Assembly (NCBI GenBank): GCA_903928345.1
Contig: CAIYQO010000198.1
Span: 4,325-68,324, forward strand
Reading direction: 5' to 3'
DNA from: an uncultured bacterium
GTDB taxonomy: Bacteria > Armatimonadota > Hebobacteria > CAIYQO01
Length of the DNA: 64,000 nt
The notes under the pieces are model-generated. The model made no database searches, was not told the DNA's origin, and worked only from the letters and a program-made list of their open reading frames with translations. The position numbers and the translations under genes are program-made. Positions within the stretch are counted from its first letter, which is position 1; each line of letters opens with the position of its first letter. Below are positions 55,233 to 63,385 of this stretch, in pieces.

Positions 55233-55637
55233 CTATTTATTTACCGACTGTGCCTGGCTGGCACGCGCACCGGGTGCGATATTCGTGCGAGACAATCGTG
55301 CGGTATTAATGGAAGCAACCGTAATCGCAAGCAGCTCATCGGCTTCTTTGGCCAACGGGGCATAACGTTCCGGGGTGATACGCCGGTAATCCCGCAGCAA
55401 TTCCATCCAGTACAGACATTCGTCGGCTTCCTCTTCAAGGATACCCATTTTGGCCAGGAAGTCCGGCTTCGATCGCGCACGGCAAGCAGCACGATAATTG
55501 GCGCCGACCGAAGTCGCCGAGCGTAGGAGCTGCTTGCCCAATACCTCGGTCGTCATCGAGCGCGGCAAGATTTCTACCAGGGCGATGACATCGAGGGCGA
55601 AAGCCCGCATACGCGCCTTCAATTGCGTCGCATCCAC
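55233..55637 (-). CDS. Four-helix-bundle protein (23S rRNA intervening-sequence protein family)
   Basis: Track ORF 55233..55700 starts at a TTG inside the repeat array. The likely start is GTG 55637 (or ATG 55610). QLKARMRAFALDVIALVEILP...QLLRSATSVGANYRAACRARSKPDFLAKMGILEEEADECLYWMELL is the family signature. Its stop TAG overlaps the AGGAGG of the M48 gene. Confidence 0.85.
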   Translation of the reverse strand: MDATQLKARMRAFALDVIALVEILPRSMTTEVLGKQLLRSATSVGANYRAACRARSKPDFLAKMGILEEEADECLYWMELLRDYRRITPERYAPLAKEADELLAITVASINTARLSRTNIAPGARASQAQSVNK

Positions 55638-55677
55638 GAGCAGCCATCCTTTCCACACCGTTTCCGACGATAGACCT

Positions 55678-55702
55678 AATCCGCAATCCGCAATCCGCAA
55701 TT
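55678..55702. repeat. Heptamer array (AATCCGC) x3, right arm of the cassette, complementary to 55116-55146
   Basis: AATCCGCAATCCGCAATCCGCAATT. It starts immediately at the TAA stop (55701-55703) of the truncated E2 gene. Confidence 0.9.
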
Positions 55703-56186
55703 ACGGTATGTCGTCCACCGAGATCATGCCGCCGGGACCGGTGCCTTTGAGGGTCGCCAGGTCCACGCCGCGTTCGCGGGCCAGGCGGCGGGCGGCGGGG
55801 GTGGCGCGCACGGCGGGGGGGGTGGCAGGCGCGGTGGGGGCGGCACCGGCGCTGGTGGCGAGCTGCATAGCGGAGAGGGCGGTCTCCCGCACTTCGGACA
55901 GGCGGCGGTTTTCCGCGTCCAGCGCGGCGCGGTTGTCCACGTCGGCGCCGGCGTCGCCCAGCACGGCCAGCACGGTGCCCACCGGCACCACGCTTTTTTC
56001 CGCCACCAGTTGTGCCAGCAGCGTGCCCGCCGCGGGGCTCTGGTATTCGTAGGCCACCTTGTCGGTGATCAGCTCCGCCACCGGCTGGCCTTCTACCACG
56101 GCATCGCCGGGTGCCACCAGCCACTGCCCCAGCGTGGCTTCTTCCATCTCCGGGTATAAGGCGTCCAAAGTTACGGTATACTGCAT
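55701..56186 (-). CDS. Lipoyl domain + peripheral-subunit (E3/E1)-binding domain protein: an E2 acyltransferase lacking the catalytic domain
   Basis: Track ORF 55701..56201. I moved the start to ATG 56186. ELITDKVAYEYQSPAAG is a lipoyl-Lys motif. ATPAARRLARERGVDLATLKGTGPGGMISVDDIP is a PSBD. The stop follows directly, and there is no DHRxxDG domain. Confidence 0.8.
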   Translation of the reverse strand: MQYTVTLDALYPEMEEATLGQWLVAPGDAVVEGQPVAELITDKVAYEYQSPAAGTLLAQLVAEKSVVPVGTVLAVLGDAGADVDNRAALDAENRRLSEVRETALSAMQLATSAGAAPTAPATPPAVRATPAARRLARERGVDLATLKGTGPGGMISVDDIP

Positions 56187-56427
56187 GCGGTTCCCTTTCA
56201 CGCGAGCTGAGGCTACAATTCCCCGTCACGCAAAGGGTTCCCTGCCGACGGGGCAGCCAACCTGAATGCCAGCGCTTGCATGGTAATCCTCGTCTTCCGC
56301 CGACGGAGGCTGGACAGGCGCGAAGGAACCGTTTACACTGAGCCGGTATAAATCGTCATTCGTCGTCGTCACTCGAATTACGATAACGAATGCCGACAAC
56401 GAGCGACGATTATCCTGGAGGAGCACG

Positions 56428-57915
56428 ATGACGGATAGCGCACCCACCCCCGGCACCGTATATCTGGTCGGCGCCGGGCCCGGCGATCCCGGGCTGCTCA
56501 CGCGCGCGGGCGCGGACGCCCTGGCACGCGCCGAGGTGGTGATCTACGACCGGCTGGCCAGCCCGGCGCTGCTGGCGCTTGCCGCCCCCGACGCGGAGAT
56601 GATTTACGTCGGCAAGGCGTCGTCGCGGCACACGCGTACCCAGGAGGAGATCAACGAGCTGCTCGCCGAGCACGCCTGGCGCGGCAAACGCGTCTGCCGG
56701 CTCAAGGGCGGCGACCCGCTGGTCTTCGGGCGCGGCGGCGAAGAGGCCGCCCACCTGCGCGCGCGCGGCGTGCCCTTCGTCTTCGTGCCCGGCGTCACCT
56801 CCTCCATCGCCGTGCCCGCGTATGCCGGCATCCCGGTGACCGACCGGAGCTGCGCCTCCTCCTTCGCGGTCATCACCGGCCATGAGGACCCGACCAAGCC
56901 GGAATCCGCCCTCGACTGGGCGGGCATCGCCCACGGCGCCGACACGCTGGTCTTCCTGATGGGCCTGGCCAACCTGCCGGAAATCGCCGCGCAGTTGGTG
57001 GCCCACGGGCGCCCGGCCACCACCCCCGCGGCGGCTATCCAGAGCGGCACCACGTCACGGCAGCGCGTGGTGACGGGTACGCTGGCGGACATCGCCGGGG
57101 CAGTCGCCACCGCCAGGTTGGAGTCGCCCGTCATCACCGTGGTCGGCGAAGTGGTCGGCCTGCGCGACACGCTGGCGTGGTTCGATACGCGCCCCCTCTT
57201 CGGGAAACGCGTACTGGTCACCCGCACCCGCGAGCAGGCGAGCGACCTGTCGCGTTTGCTGGCGGAGGCCGGCGCGGAGCCGGTAGAGTTCCCGGTGATC
57301 CGCATCGAGCCGCTGCCCGCCGTGCCGAATCTCCTCGACCGCCTGGCAAAGGCCGACTGGCTGGTCTTCACCTCCGCCAACGGGCTGCCGCATCTGCTGG
57401 CGCAGGTGCGCGCACTCGGCGGGGACATCCGCGCGTTGGGGCGGGGCAAGGTGGCCGCCATCGGCAGCGGCACCGCCGAGAGCCTGCGCGCGTGCGGGCT
57501 GCACGTCGATTTCATCCCCGACCGTTTCGTGGCCGAGGCCTTCGCCGCGCAGTTCCCCGACCCCGCCGGCCTGCATATCGTCATCCCGCGCGCGCAGGAA
57601 GCGCGCGAGGTGCTGCCCGCGCTGCTGACGGCACGCGGCGCCACGGTGGACGACCTCCCCATCTACCGCACCGTGCCCGAGGACGGCACGCCGCCGCCGC
57701 TGGCCGACATCGACGTGATCACCTTCGCCAGTTCCTCCACCGTGCGCAGCTTCCGCAAGCTCAACCCCGGCACGGTGTCATCGACGGTCGCCTGCATCGG
57801 CCCCGTCACCGCCGACACCGCCCGCGAGCTGGGCCTGCGCGTGGACGTGCAGCCGGACGACTACACCCTCCCCGCGCTGGTGCAGGCGCTGGTGGGGTAT
57901 TTTGCGAAGTCGTAA
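56428..57915 (+). CDS. cobA/hemD: Uroporphyrinogen-III C-methyltransferase fused to uroporphyrinogen-III synthase
   Basis: GGAGGAG RBS. The N-terminal half has VYLVGAGPGDPGLLT and GGDPLVFGRGGEE. The C-terminal ~240 aa are HemD-like. Confidence 0.9.
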   Translation: MTDSAPTPGTVYLVGAGPGDPGLLTRAGADALARAEVVIYDRLASPALLALAAPDAEMIYVGKASSRHTRTQEEINELLAEHAWRGKRVCRLKGGDPLVFGRGGEEAAHLRARGVPFVFVPGVTSSIAVPAYAGIPVTDRSCASSFAVITGHEDPTKPESALDWAGIAHGADTLVFLMGLANLPEIAAQLVAHGRPATTPAAAIQSGTTSRQRVVTGTLADIAGAVATARLESPVITVVGEVVGLRDTLAWFDTRPLFGKRVLVTRTREQASDLSRLLAEAGAEPVEFPVIRIEPLPAVPNLLDRLAKADWLVFTSANGLPHLLAQVRALGGDIRALGRGKVAAIGSGTAESLRACGLHVDFIPDRFVAEAFAAQFPDPAGLHIVIPRAQEAREVLPALLTARGATVDDLPIYRTVPEDGTPPPLADIDVITFASSSTVRSFRKLNPGTVSSTVACIGPVTADTARELGLRVDVQPDDYTLPALVQALVGYFAKS

Positions 57916-57917
57916 TG

Positions 57918-58000
57918 ACCACAGAGACACTGAGACACAGAGGAGAATGGGCTTGCTGCCGCGGCAGAGAATAATCTCTGTGTCGCTGTGCCTCAGAGGT
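57918..58000. repeat. Short-unit (ACACAGAG-type) imperfect hairpin with a central GC palindrome
   Basis: ACCACAGAGACACTGAGACACAGAGGAGAAT pairs with ATAATCTCTGTGTCGCTGTGCCTCAGAGGT (about 22 of 30 positions paired, by eye). The loop holds the perfect palindrome CTGCCGCGGCAG. Confidence 0.7.
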
Positions 58001-58023
58001 AAAATACACCAGGGTGATCGAGT

Positions 58024-58194
58024 ATGACGAAGAAGTCGATTGATGCCGTTGAGATTCAACACCGCGGCAGTGCCGAGGTGCGTCGAGAAACGCAAGGCAT
58101 GACTGAAGAAGAGATTCTGGCCTATTGGCAACGCCAGAGCGAGTTGCTACGGCAGGAGATTCGAGCGGCGCGCACGAAGCGCAAAGCTTCGTAG
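58024..58194 (+). CDS. 56-aa hypothetical small protein
   Basis: Below the track cutoff. ATG 58024 (GGTGA upstream) encodes MTKKSIDAVEIQHRGSAEVRRETQGMTEEEILAYWQRQSELLRQEIRAARTKRKAS, with TAG at 58192-58194. It sits in a lower-GC patch. Confidence 0.4.
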   Translation: MTKKSIDAVEIQHRGSAEVRRETQGMTEEEILAYWQRQSELLRQEIRAARTKRKAS

Positions 58195-58227
58195 GCTGAC
58201 AACCCAGAAACAACAGAGGATTTTTAC

Positions 58228-59202
58228 ATGTCATCCTTCTTTCGTGGACGCCGGTTGCGGCGGAGTGAGACGGTGCGGCGCATGGTGCGCGAGACCGTGG
58301 TGGCCGTTGACGACCTGATCTACCCCATGTTCGTGGTGCCGGGGCACGGCGTGTGCGCGCCTATCGGCGCCATGCCGGGGCAGAATCGCTATTCCGTCGA
58401 CACGCTGGTAGAGGAATGCCGGCGCGTGGCGGGGCTGGGCATTCCGTCGGTGCTGCTCTTCGGCATCCCGGAGACGAAGGATCCCGCCGGTACGGAAGCC
58501 TCGGCGCCCACTGGCATCGTGCAGCAGGCGGTGAGCGCGCTCAAAGCCGCGTTGCCCGACCTGCTGGTGATCACCGACGTGTGCCTGTGCGAATACACCA
58601 GCCACGGGCACTGCGGCATCCTCACCCCGTCCGGCGAGGTGCATAACGACCTGACGCTGCAGCGGCTGGCGGAGACGGCGGTGAGCCACGCGCGGGCCGG
58701 CGCCGACATGGTGGCCCCGTCGGACATGATGGATGGCCGCGTGGCGGCGATCCGTATGGCGCTGGACGACGCCGACTTGGGCGCCGTGCCCATCATGAGC
58801 TATGCGGCGAAGTACGCCTCCGCCTTCTACGGCCCCTTCCGCGAGGCCGCCGAGAGCGCCCCGCAGCACGGCGACCGCCGCGGCTACCAGATGGACCCGC
58901 CCAACCGCCGCGAGGCGTTGCGTGAGATCGAGGCCGACCTGGACGAGGGCGCCGACATCATCATGGTGAAGCCCGCGCTGCCCTACCTGGATATCATCGC
59001 CGACGCCCGCGCCAATGTCACCGCCCCCATCGCCGCCTACAACGTGAGCGGGGAGTACAGCATGCTCAAGGCCGCCGTGCTCAACGGCTGGCTGGAGGAG
59101 CGCCGCGCCGTGCTGGAGGTGCTCACCAGCATCAAACGCGCCGGCGCCGACCTCATCCTCACCTACCACGCCGCGGAAGCGGCGGGGTGGCTGGGCGGGT
59201 AG
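58228..59202 (+). CDS. hemB: Porphobilinogen synthase (delta-aminolevulinic acid dehydratase), Zn-type
   Basis: [23 protein letters not shown] is a Cys-rich metal site. [11 protein letters not shown] contains the Schiff-base Lys. Confidence 0.95.
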   Translation: MSSFFRGRRLRRSETVRRMVRETVVAVDDLIYPMFVVPGHGVCAPIGAMPGQNRYSVDTLVEECRRVAGLGIPSVLLFGIPETKDPAGTEASAPTGIVQQAVSALKAALPDLLVITDVCLCEYTSHGHCGILTPSGEVHNDLTLQRLAETAVSHARAGADMVAPSDMMDGRVAAIRMALDDADLGAVPIMSYAAKYASAFYGPFREAAESAPQHGDRRGYQMDPPNRREALREIEADLDEGADIIMVKPALPYLDIIADARANVTAPIAAYNVSGEYSMLKAAVLNGWLEERRAVLEVLTSIKRAGADLILTYHAAEAAGWLGG

Positions 59203-59261
59203 GTTTAGTTATGCCACCGGGTGATGCTCTTTTTTCATGATTGTTGTTATGGTATGCGCGT

Positions 59262-59420
59262 GAGGGGCGACTGAAGTCGCATCTTTTCGGCGCTGCGCGC
59301 CAGCCGTCCGCCTACGCGGACGGGGATGCGGAAGATGTTGTTGACGACTTTGCACCTGGTGCGTCCCCGTAGGGGGACGCCTGGCCGCAGGCCAAATAGA
59401 TGCGATTTCAATCGCCAAGT
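59262..59420. repeat. Inverted duplication of a ~70-bp two-hairpin unit between convergent genes
   Basis: The four hairpins are GCGAC-tgaa-GTCGC (59267), CCGTCCGC-ctac-GCGGACGG (59304), GCGTCCCC-gtag-GGGGACGC (59361) and GCGAT-ttca-ATCGC (59402). The right half is the reverse complement of the left half, with paired substitutions in the stems. Confidence 0.8.
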
Positions 59421-59487
59421 TCGTAGAACGTACCGATATCCATGAATCAAAGAGCTTTAGGCGCTGGTGAGGGGTTGGGTAGTAATA

Positions 59488-61281
59488 TTACGGCGCCGTC
59501 CCGATCATCTGCCGCTCCCACAGGTTGGCGTACAACCCGCCGCGGGCGAGGAGGTCGGCGTGGGCGCCGGTCTCGGCGATGTGGCCACGGTCGAGAACGA
59601 CCACCAGGTCGGCGTCGCGCGCCACGGAGAGGCGGTGGGCGATGATGAAGGTGGTGCGTCCCTGCGCCAGCCGGTCGAGGGCCTGCAGCACCAGCGCTTC
59701 GCTCACGGCGTCCAGGTTCGAGGTGGCCTCGTCGAGGATGAGGATCTTCGGGTCCTTGAGGAAGGCGCGGGCGATGGCGATGCGCTGAATCTGCCCGCCC
59801 GACAGCCCCACGCCGCGCTCGCCCACGATCGTCTCGTAGCCGTTGGGCAGTCCTTCGATGAACTCTTCCGCGTTGGCGGCGCGGGCGGCGGCGCGCACCT
59901 CCTCCTCGGGGGCGTCGCGGCGGCCGTAGAGGATATTCTCCCAGATCGTCCCCGTGAAGAGCGCCGGCTCCTGCGGCACGATGCCGATGGCGCGGCGCAG
60001 CGAGCGCATGGTGACGGCGCGCAGATCCTGCCCGTCGATGCGGATGGCGCCGCCGGCGATGTCGTAGAAGCGCGGCAACACGTTCATCAGCGTGGACTTG
60101 CCCGCGCCGCTCTCCCCCACCAGCACCACACGCCAACCCGGCTGCACGTCGAGGGTGATGTCGTCGAGCACCACGGCGGGCTCGTCGGTGGGGTAGCAGA
60201 AGCGCACGTGATCGAAGGACACCGCGGGCGGTCGCTTGGCGTTCAGCCGCTTCGCCCCGGGCGCGTCCTGAATGGCCGGCACGGTGTCGAAGAATTCGAA
60301 CACCCGGTCCGCCCCCGCGATGGCGGTCTGGAACTGCAGGTTGAAGTTGGCGAAGAAGTCGAACATGCCGTAGAGCATGCCGGTGTAGATATAGAAGAGG
60401 AAGATGTCGCCCACCGTGGTGCCGTGGGCGTGCGCCATGACGCGCCAGGTGCCGAAGAAGACCACCGCCACCTGCCCCAGGAAGCGCGTGATCTCCGAGG
60501 CGGCGATGAGCAGGGCGTTGAAGAAGTGCTGGCGCAGCGCGTAGCGCTTCAACTGCTCCACCTCGCGGCGCACGGCGCGCTTCTCCCGCGTCTCGGCGGT
60601 GAAGGCCTGCACCTCGCGGATCATCGCCATGCGCTCGTTCAGGTAGCCGGACATGGTGGACATCATCTCCAGCGTCTGCTTGCTCGCCTCGCGCATGGGA
60701 CGGCTCACCAGCCGGGTGGTAACCAGGTAGAGTGGCACGGTGGCCAGCGACACCAGCGCCCACTGCCAGTCGCGCACGAAGAAGTAGATGCAGATGACCA
60801 CCGAAATGAGCGTCACCTGGAACGCCTGGATGAAGACGAGGTCGAAGATATACTGCGCGGAGTTGACGTCGGTCATCACCCGCGAGACGATGCTCCCGGA
60901 CGGCCGCCGGGTGTGGAAGGCCAGCGACAGCCGCTGCAGATGGTCGAAGAGTTGAAAGCGGATGTCGCGGATGGCATTCACCGCGGCGATCTGCGCCCAG
61001 TACATGCGTCCGATGGTGGCGACCACGTGCACGGTGAGCATCCACAGCGCGAAGGGCCACAACATGTGCCACCCCACCGCCATCCGGTCGCTCACCGACC
61101 CCGTGGACGTCACCACCCGGTCGATAATCGCCTTCACCAGCGGCGGCAGGTACAACTGCGGCACCATGCGCACCAGCCCCGTGAAGCTGCCGATGACCAC
61201 CCACACCCAGTAGGGCCGGGTAAACGCCATGAAGCGCCACAGGTTGCGCAAGCCGGAATCAGAAGTTCCGTCGTCGGTCAT
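59488..61281 (-). CDS. ABC exporter, fused permease/ATPase (MsbA-like type I)
   Basis: Six-TM N-terminal half. Motifs: GESGAGKST, LSGGQIQRIAIARA, ILILDEATS. Confidence 0.9.
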   Translation of the reverse strand: MTDDGTSDSGLRNLWRFMAFTRPYWVWVVIGSFTGLVRMVPQLYLPPLVKAIIDRVVTSTGSVSDRMAVGWHMLWPFALWMLTVHVVATIGRMYWAQIAAVNAIRDIRFQLFDHLQRLSLAFHTRRPSGSIVSRVMTDVNSAQYIFDLVFIQAFQVTLISVVICIYFFVRDWQWALVSLATVPLYLVTTRLVSRPMREASKQTLEMMSTMSGYLNERMAMIREVQAFTAETREKRAVRREVEQLKRYALRQHFFNALLIAASEITRFLGQVAVVFFGTWRVMAHAHGTTVGDIFLFYIYTGMLYGMFDFFANFNLQFQTAIAGADRVFEFFDTVPAIQDAPGAKRLNAKRPPAVSFDHVRFCYPTDEPAVVLDDITLDVQPGWRVVLVGESGAGKSTLMNVLPRFYDIAGGAIRIDGQDLRAVTMRSLRRAIGIVPQEPALFTGTIWENILYGRRDAPEEEVRAAARAANAEEFIEGLPNGYETIVGERGVGLSGGQIQRIAIARAFLKDPKILILDEATSNLDAVSEALVLQALDRLAQGRTTFIIAHRLSVARDADLVVVLDRGHIAETGAHADLLARGGLYANLWERQMIGTAP

Positions 61282-61320
61282 AATGCTACTTCGCTGGGAT
61301 GCAGGGAATGAAATGGGAGA

Positions 61321-61380
61321 TTCGTCGTCCCAAAATCGACCTGACGATTTATCGTCAGGTTGCAGACAAGACAGGACGCC
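61321..61380. repeat. P-family palindromic element, copy 4 (divergent arms, conserved core)
   Basis: TTCGTCGTCCCAAAATCGACCTGACGATTTATCGTCAGGTTGCAGACAAGACAGGACGCC. The core is ACCTGACGATTTATCGTCAGGT. Confidence 0.7.
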
Positions 61381-61412
61381 TAATCCCTTATCCCAATACA
61401 GTTCCCTTTGTC

Positions 61413-61572
61413 GTTCCGCGCCTCCCGGCGCGTCCCCCCCTTCCCCGACCCTTCCCCCGTAACGTCCTGTGACGGGGGCAGGGAGCTATGTTTCGGCAAG
61501 CGGTGCAGAATCCGCTTCCCCTCCCCCGTCACAGGACGTTACGGGGGAGGGGGCCAGGGGGTGGGGGGCGCG
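61413..61572. repeat. F-family composite palindrome
   Basis: The left unit is 61413-61485 (..CCCTTCCCCCGTAACGTCCTGTGACGGGGGCAGGGAG). The right unit is 61515-61572 (CTTCCCCTCCCCCGTCACAGGACGTTACGGGGGAGGGGGCCAGGGGGTGGGGGGCGCG). It is a close relative of 40979..41136. Confidence 0.85.
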
Positions 61573-61601
61573 TCTAGGAAAGGTGTCAAGTGACCTAACC
61601 C

Positions 61602-62990
61602 CTAAATATGCAGCGGATGCCCCAACGCCACCTCGATGGCCTCGTGGAAGGCTTCCGCAAGGGTGGGATGGGGGTGGATGGTGCGCACGAAGGCTTCGGC
61701 GGTGAGGCGGTTGCGCACGGCCATGGTGGCCTCGGTAATCATGTCCGTCACGTGCGGGCCGATGGCTTGCGCCCCCACCACCACGTTGTCGGCGGTGTTC
61801 ACCACGACCTTCACCATCCCCTCGCGCTCGCCGATGGCCAGCGCTTTGCCGAGGACGCGGAAGGGGAAGGCGCCGACGGCGACCTCCAGACCCTGCGCGC
61901 GCGCCGCCGCTTCGTTGAGCCCCACGCCGGCCACTTCGGGCGCGGTGTAGAGCGCGGTGGGGATGGCGTGGTACTCCATGGCGCGGCGGCTGCCGATGAT
62001 GTTGTCCACCGCCACGGCGGCCTCCGCGGAGGCCTTGTGCGCCAGCAGCGCGCCGCCGATCACGTCACCGATGGCGTAGATGTTGGCGACGCCGGTGTGC
62101 AGAAATTCGTCGACCACCACCGCGCGGCGGTCGATCCGAATCCCCTGCGCTTCGAAGCCGCATCCGGCGGTGAGGGGCCAGCGGCCCGTGGCGACCAGCA
62201 CCACGTCGGCGACGGCGGTCTGCGCGCCCTTCTCCTCCTGCCCGCGCAGGGTGTAGGTGACCGTCTTCTTGCCGTCGGCGTCGCCGATGCCCTGCACCAG
62301 CGCGTCCGCCTGCACGGTGATCCCCTGGCGCTTCAAACTGGTGGCCAATTCGGCGGCGATCCCCTCGTCTTCCAGCGGCAGGATATGCGCCAGCCCTTCC
62401 AGCACCGTCACCTTGCAGCCCAGCGCGTTGAAGAAGTAGGCGAATTCCAGCCCGATGGCCCCGCCGCCGATCACCGCCAGCGACGCCGGCACTTCCGGCC
62501 AGAAGAGGATCTCGTCGCTGGTGACCACGTTGGCGCCGTCCAGGCCGGGAATCGGCGGGCGCGAGGGCACCGATCCGGTGGCGAGGATAAGGTGTTCGGC
62601 GGTGATCTCCTCGTCCCCCACGCCGATGCCGTGCGGGCCGGTGAGCGCGCCCGCGCCGGTGAAGACGGTGATGGCGTGCTTCTTCATGAGGAACTCCACG
62701 CCGCCGCGCAACTGCTTCACGATGCGCTCCTTGCGGCCCAGCATCTTCGTGAAGTCGAAGCTCACCCCTTCCACCGTGATGCCGAAGTCGCGCGCCCCGC
62801 GCACCGATTTGTACGCTTCCACCGCCGCCAACAGCGTCTTGGTGGGGATGCATCCCACGTTGAGGCACGTGCCGCCGAGGAAGCGCTGTTCCACCAGCGC
62901 CGTCTTCAGCCCATGCTGCGCGGCCTTGATCGCCGCCACATATCCGCCCGGCCCGCCGCCGAGAATCGCCACGTCAAACTGCTGCGCCAT
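61602..62990 (-). CDS. lpdA: Dihydrolipoyl dehydrogenase (E3)
   Basis: AAGGAG RBS. Motifs: DVAILGGGPGGY, redox-active GGTCLNVGCIPTK, C-terminal HPHPTLAE. Confidence 0.95.
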   Translation of the reverse strand: MAQQFDVAILGGGPGGYVAAIKAAQHGLKTALVEQRFLGGTCLNVGCIPTKTLLAAVEAYKSVRGARDFGITVEGVSFDFTKMLGRKERIVKQLRGGVEFLMKKHAITVFTGAGALTGPHGIGVGDEEITAEHLILATGSVPSRPPIPGLDGANVVTSDEILFWPEVPASLAVIGGGAIGLEFAYFFNALGCKVTVLEGLAHILPLEDEGIAAELATSLKRQGITVQADALVQGIGDADGKKTVTYTLRGQEEKGAQTAVADVVLVATGRWPLTAGCGFEAQGIRIDRRAVVVDEFLHTGVANIYAIGDVIGGALLAHKASAEAAVAVDNIIGSRRAMEYHAIPTALYTAPEVAGVGLNEAAARAQGLEVAVGAFPFRVLGKALAIGEREGMVKVVVNTADNVVVGAQAIGPHVTDMITEATMAVRNRLTAEAFVRTIHPHPTLAEAFHEAIEVALGHPLHI

Positions 62991-63385
62991 CGAATGCTCC
63001 TTATCGAACTGACGACCCGCACAAGGCCGGTCGCGAAGTATCTATAGGTGTTTTTCCGCACCTGGCAATGCATCCCCTGCTTGCGGTGGCCCACTAAATA
63101 CCGATTCCCTCATGCCAGCAAGGTAGAACTCGCAAAGCCCGGGGAGCCTCCCTGGGTTCCGGCAATGCAAAGGGTATGGTTGTAGGGTGCGGGCGCCGTC
63201 CCGCACCGAGTCGTCGTATTTCTACGCCGATGGAGCCACGGTACAAAGTCGCCGACACCCTTTGGGAGGGCGAGCGTCCCCCAAAGGTTATTCGAAAGCC
63301 TTGTGCGTAAAAGGAGAACCGTAGTTAAACGCGAAGTTACAGGGAGCAATCCCAGACCCCAATAACCACAGCAGAGGAGATCCGC

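Noticed and set aside
56202-56427. Cobalamin riboswitch upstream of cobA/hemD
   Set aside because: A few fragments look similar (AAGGG, GGTAATCC, CACTGAGCC). Their order and spacing do not match the conserved core, and no B12 box (AGCCAGGAGACCTGCC-like) is present. A covariance-model scan (Rfam RF00174) would settle it.
59402-59415. Degenerate CRISPR repeat (GCGATTGAAATCGC on the minus strand resembles ...ATTGAAA repeat ends)
   Set aside because: It is a single occurrence, and it is one of four small tetraloop hairpins forming an inverted duplication. There is no array.
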